From positions 32,001-96,000 of IMG/VR virus record IMGVR_UViG_3300022839_000007: a DNA stretch of 64,000 nucleotides; one strand, 5' to 3'. Under the pieces are notes generated by a model, which was not told the origin of the DNA, searched no databases, and worked only from the letters and a program-made list of their open reading frames with translations. The position numbers were made by a program, and so were the translations under genes. Of this stretch, positions 61,102-64,000 are shown in pieces (within the stretch, counting starts at the first letter, position 1; every line of letters begins with the position of its first letter). Origin of the DNA: a virus.

Positions 61102-62847
61102 TCATTGTCGACTATTTTTTTGGTATATAAATGTAAGATTTCCTGAATCCCATATCCTATACAGTCCGTTGTTGTTCATATTTTGGGATTCGGTCAACTT
61201 TGCATCAAAAAATTGTAGTTGTTGCTGCAATTTATGTTTTTGGTATTGAATTCTATTTTGCATCCTACCATTGACTATGTACCAATAGTTTGGAGAAGTG
61301 GTGTGCAGAAATTTTAAATTGGTTTTGTGATATACTCCTCCGACTGAATACCTGCGATTAGCATAGGTTACGAAAGAGTCGTGCGGCTGGTGCTTGAATA
61401 TTTTGCTTGCACCTCCGGTTATTTGCATTCCTTTTTTGCTGCATAATCGTAACAGTTCAGTATTTACATTTTTAGAAAATCTTGATTTGCCGTAAGTTGC
61501 CAACAATACCAACTTATCTTGATAAAACAGTCCGTATTGATCCGATGATCCAATAGTACCACTTAGGTGATTTTGATCTAGAAACACTGTTGCTGTACTT
61601 TTTTGTACTGACCTAAATGTCGTATTTCGAGCACCGATTACTTCTTGATAAATTCCTAATCTAGACAGTATCATGCTTTTCCAAATAGAGTTTTTAATCA
61701 AGTCGTTCCATTCAGTGTCCCAAACATGCAGTAACTGAATGCCTTTTTCTTCGCATAGAACTGTTTTGTTCAAGTGGTAGTTTTTATTCTTTCCATGCTG
61801 CTCAGTGTGCCAATATACTCCATTAAATTCAATAGCCAAGTTATGATGTGGCATATAAAGATCTAGTTCTACGCCATTGAGTACACATCGATCACGATGT
61901 ATTGTTTCGATGCCGTTGTCCTCTAAAAACTGTTTGATCTCTAGTTCGCCTACTGACGTTCCGATCTTAACTTCTTTAAACGGCAGCTGATAGCGATCAG
62001 TGATATTAGTTATCACAGCCAACGAAACATTAGTCTCTTTGGCTAATGCTGTTCTCAACGCCGGGGTTTCTTTATTCTTGATATGATCAATTACATATTG
62101 ATATTGAGCTTGGTAATTTTTGTCTTTGCTGTTCTGTATTTTTTCAATCACACTTGCTAGTTGAGTCGAATGTTCAACTCCGTACTTGCTAAGTGTGCGT
62201 TGTCTTTTCTTTTGTTTGACCGATTGCGTTTTTTGTGGATGGCATCCGTATTTTTCGTCAAATGTCTTATGACGTGCGCTCTTCAGTTCTTCTGACTTTG
62301 ATTTTAACGTACTACTAATTTTTTGCTTTGTTTCTTCGAGGTGGACTGCATTGTCCACTCCGTATTTGTATAAGCAAGTTTCTTTAGCAAGACTTCTATT
62401 ATTATATACAGCATCGCCGTATTTTTTTAATTTAGTCTCGGCTCTTTTGGTCTTGCTAGTGTTGTCATTCCTTGAACACTGTATACTACAATGCTCTGAA
62501 AAAGTCTTGGTTGAGGAGTTAAAATACCTCACAGGATTGCCACAAATTTTACAACAAGGTACTACTATGTTATTTATTATGCAATGTATTGCAACTGACG
62601 TTTTTAAATTTGGAAATTCGATTGCAATACTATCTTTTATTTCTTGCGAAAGTATCTTTGTGATATTAGGATTGAGCTTTTTATTGTTAGTAAAAAGATT
62701 AGGGATACGAGTTAACGCATCCCTAATTTGCTTAATACTTGTTTTTTGATACGTGGTCTCTATATCGAGCGTCGTTTCGGTTCCATTGTTCGCCGGTGCC
62801 TTGCATGATGTCGATGCATCTATCAATGGTTTTACTGGTCCAGTCAC
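61102..62847 (-). mobile_element. Free-standing homing endonuclease (Zn-ribbon + KYG repeats + Vsr/DUF559-like nuclease + GNAT-like C-terminus)
   Basis: CCKICG...CSIQC; four KYG repeats; TSVGELEI...ELDLYMP...AIEFNGVYWH; ELLRLCS...GGASK...TYANRRY; inserted between the glycosyltransferase and galE. Confidence 0.75.
62692..62727 (-). terminator. Rho-independent terminator of the glycosyltransferase gene
   Basis: AUUAGGGAUGCG-UUAACU-CGUAUCCCUAAU-CUUUUU, 4 nt after the stop codon. Confidence 0.75.
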
Positions 62848-63895
62848 TGATTTCTCCTATTCGTGTATGCGGATTGTCCAGTAAGTTATCTAGTTTATTT
62901 GCAGCGTCTTCTACGCTCCACGGAACAAACAACCGTGTGTGGTCGTTGTTGAAAATTTCCGGAAAGCTTCGATATGCTGGATACAACACGTTACACCCAA
63001 GAGCGTCTGCTTCACTAACTGTATTACTAGTCCAATCCTGTAATGCATTATTTATCATTACACGACTATCATTGAGAATGTTATAGTAGTCATTCTTTTG
63101 TAGATTTTCGTATACTTTCAATACACCTCTACGGGCCAACTCGTTTGCACGTTTGATATACTTAGGATTATTTGAACGTAGCGGTCCGCCCTGCAATACA
63201 GCAAACTCTACATCTGTTTCTGCATATTGTTCGGCAAGATCCATATAAAAATCTGGTTGTTTCTCCTGATCCCACCGAGAAGAAAATACAACACGCATTT
63301 TACGTTCGTTAAACGGTATAATTCTGCTTACTCGTTCTTGCACTTCTGTTTTGTCAAATGCAAGCCCTGAAATGTTGTAAAGAGGAGCAGTCCAGTTTGC
63401 AATTTTCATGTTAGCAACCATTTCTTCATTGCTTGCTAATACCCCAGTAACAAACTCATTACACATTTGTTCATACAAGCTCATCCATTTACTCATGCCC
63501 CAAACATGAACAAAATCGTCAGGGTCAATACTTTGTGCTAAACAACGTACCCAGACCTTAGGACGCTGCTCGGCAGGAATCTGATTCATTATGTATGGCA
63601 ACGATTCCATTCCTGGTGCAAACATATCTTCAAAGAATACAACATCTTCTCCAGTACATTCACCGTTACGCATCATTTGCACAAGATTCATTATTTGACT
63701 CATACTAAAATAGCTGCGTCCGTGTGCATCTAACACTTGTCCAACACTAATGGTCTTGGTGTCATCAATTGTAGTACCGGGCACTATAACATAGTCGATT
63801 CCGCGTCGTTTAAAGGCGCGTTCGCTCCAGTCTTGTAATTGGTAAGTATACCTGGAGATATAACTCTCCAGGCCCATATAAAATAGTTTACGCAT
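62732..63895 (-). CDS. GT-B fold (GT4-like) glycosyltransferase
   Basis: FSSRWDQEKQP, VSEADALGC.VLYP, SFPE; ATG overlaps the upstream TGA. Confidence 0.8.
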   Translation of the reverse strand: MRKLFYMGLESYISRYTYQLQDWSERAFKRRGIDYVIVPGTTIDDTKTISVGQVLDAHGRSYFSMSQIMNLVQMMRNGECTGEDVVFFEDMFAPGMESLPYIMNQIPAEQRPKVWVRCLAQSIDPDDFVHVWGMSKWMSLYEQMCNEFVTGVLASNEEMVANMKIANWTAPLYNISGLAFDKTEVQERVSRIIPFNERKMRVVFSSRWDQEKQPDFYMDLAEQYAETDVEFAVLQGGPLRSNNPKYIKRANELARRGVLKVYENLQKNDYYNILNDSRVMINNALQDWTSNTVSEADALGCNVLYPAYRSFPEIFNNDHTRLFVPWSVEDAANKLDNLLDNPHTRIGEISDWTSKTIDRCIDIMQGTGEQWNRNDARYRDHVSKNKY

Positions 63896-64000
63896 CAACG
63901 CTTCCGATTGTTAATAACCGGACGTCCTTCGCGTTTTGCGCGAGCAACTGCCCGTTTCCATCCACGCCATTTTTTAAATGCGCCCCAAAGTCTCGACTTT
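63895..64000 (-). CDS. 3' end of a basic hypothetical protein (truncated by the window)
   Basis: ...KSRLWGAFKKWRGWKRAVARAKREGRPVINNRKR* ending in a TGATG overlap. Confidence 0.5.
   Translation of the reverse strand, partial: KSRLWGAFKKWRGWKRAVARAKREGRPVINNRKR

Noticed and set aside
61102-62847. Group I intron or intein hosting the endonuclease
   Set aside because: The flanking GT and galE genes each look complete; no split gene or splice/intein motifs were recognised
270-63086. The many 60-137 aa antisense or nested ORFs in the track
   Set aside because: They lie within well-supported genes, lack recognisable motifs and are expected shadow ORFs
1-64000. CRISPR array, tRNA or rRNA genes
   Set aside because: No spaced direct repeats or cloverleaf-like sequences noticed; intergenic regions are mostly under 100 nt (inspection by eye only)
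1-64000. Alternative genetic code
   Set aside because: Very long ORFs and tight gene coupling are obtained with the standard code

Overview
A gene-dense, AT-rich segment of a large (probably jumbo) myovirus with T4-type late promoters (xATAAATA) and sigma70-type promoters. There is no sign of stop-codon recoding. (1) 1-29.5 kb, + strand, is a baseplate/tail module: gp5-like hub (5' truncated) with two wall-hydrolase domains, a CHAP/TIGR02594-like protein lacking its catalytic Cys, gp25, gp6, a 4605-aa structural protein and five fibre/structural paralogues. (2) About 29.6-48.9 kb is a convergent cluster of about 23 modifying-enzyme genes bracketed by fibre genes: 4 glycosyltransferase-like proteins, 5 radical SAM cores plus a stand-alone SPASM/twitch module, a methyltransferase, a sulfotransferase, 3 PP-loop ATP pyrophosphatases, 3 2OG-Fe(II) oxygenases, an SDR, 2 GNATs and a degenerate subtilase. 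This is the best candidate for an undescribed system, most plausibly virion/fibre glycan or protein tailoring. (3) About 49-64 kb, - strand, carries MoxR AAA plus vWA-metallopeptidase, T4-like RNase H, and a glycosyltransferase-galE-PRTase-folE-queE region suggesting 7-deazaguanine (possibly glycosylated) chemistry. A free-standing homing endonuclease here appears to start inside the upstream gene and to contain that gene's terminator. RBS-occluding hairpins with a late promoter in the loop are also visible. All functional calls come from motif recognition by eye; no searches were run.
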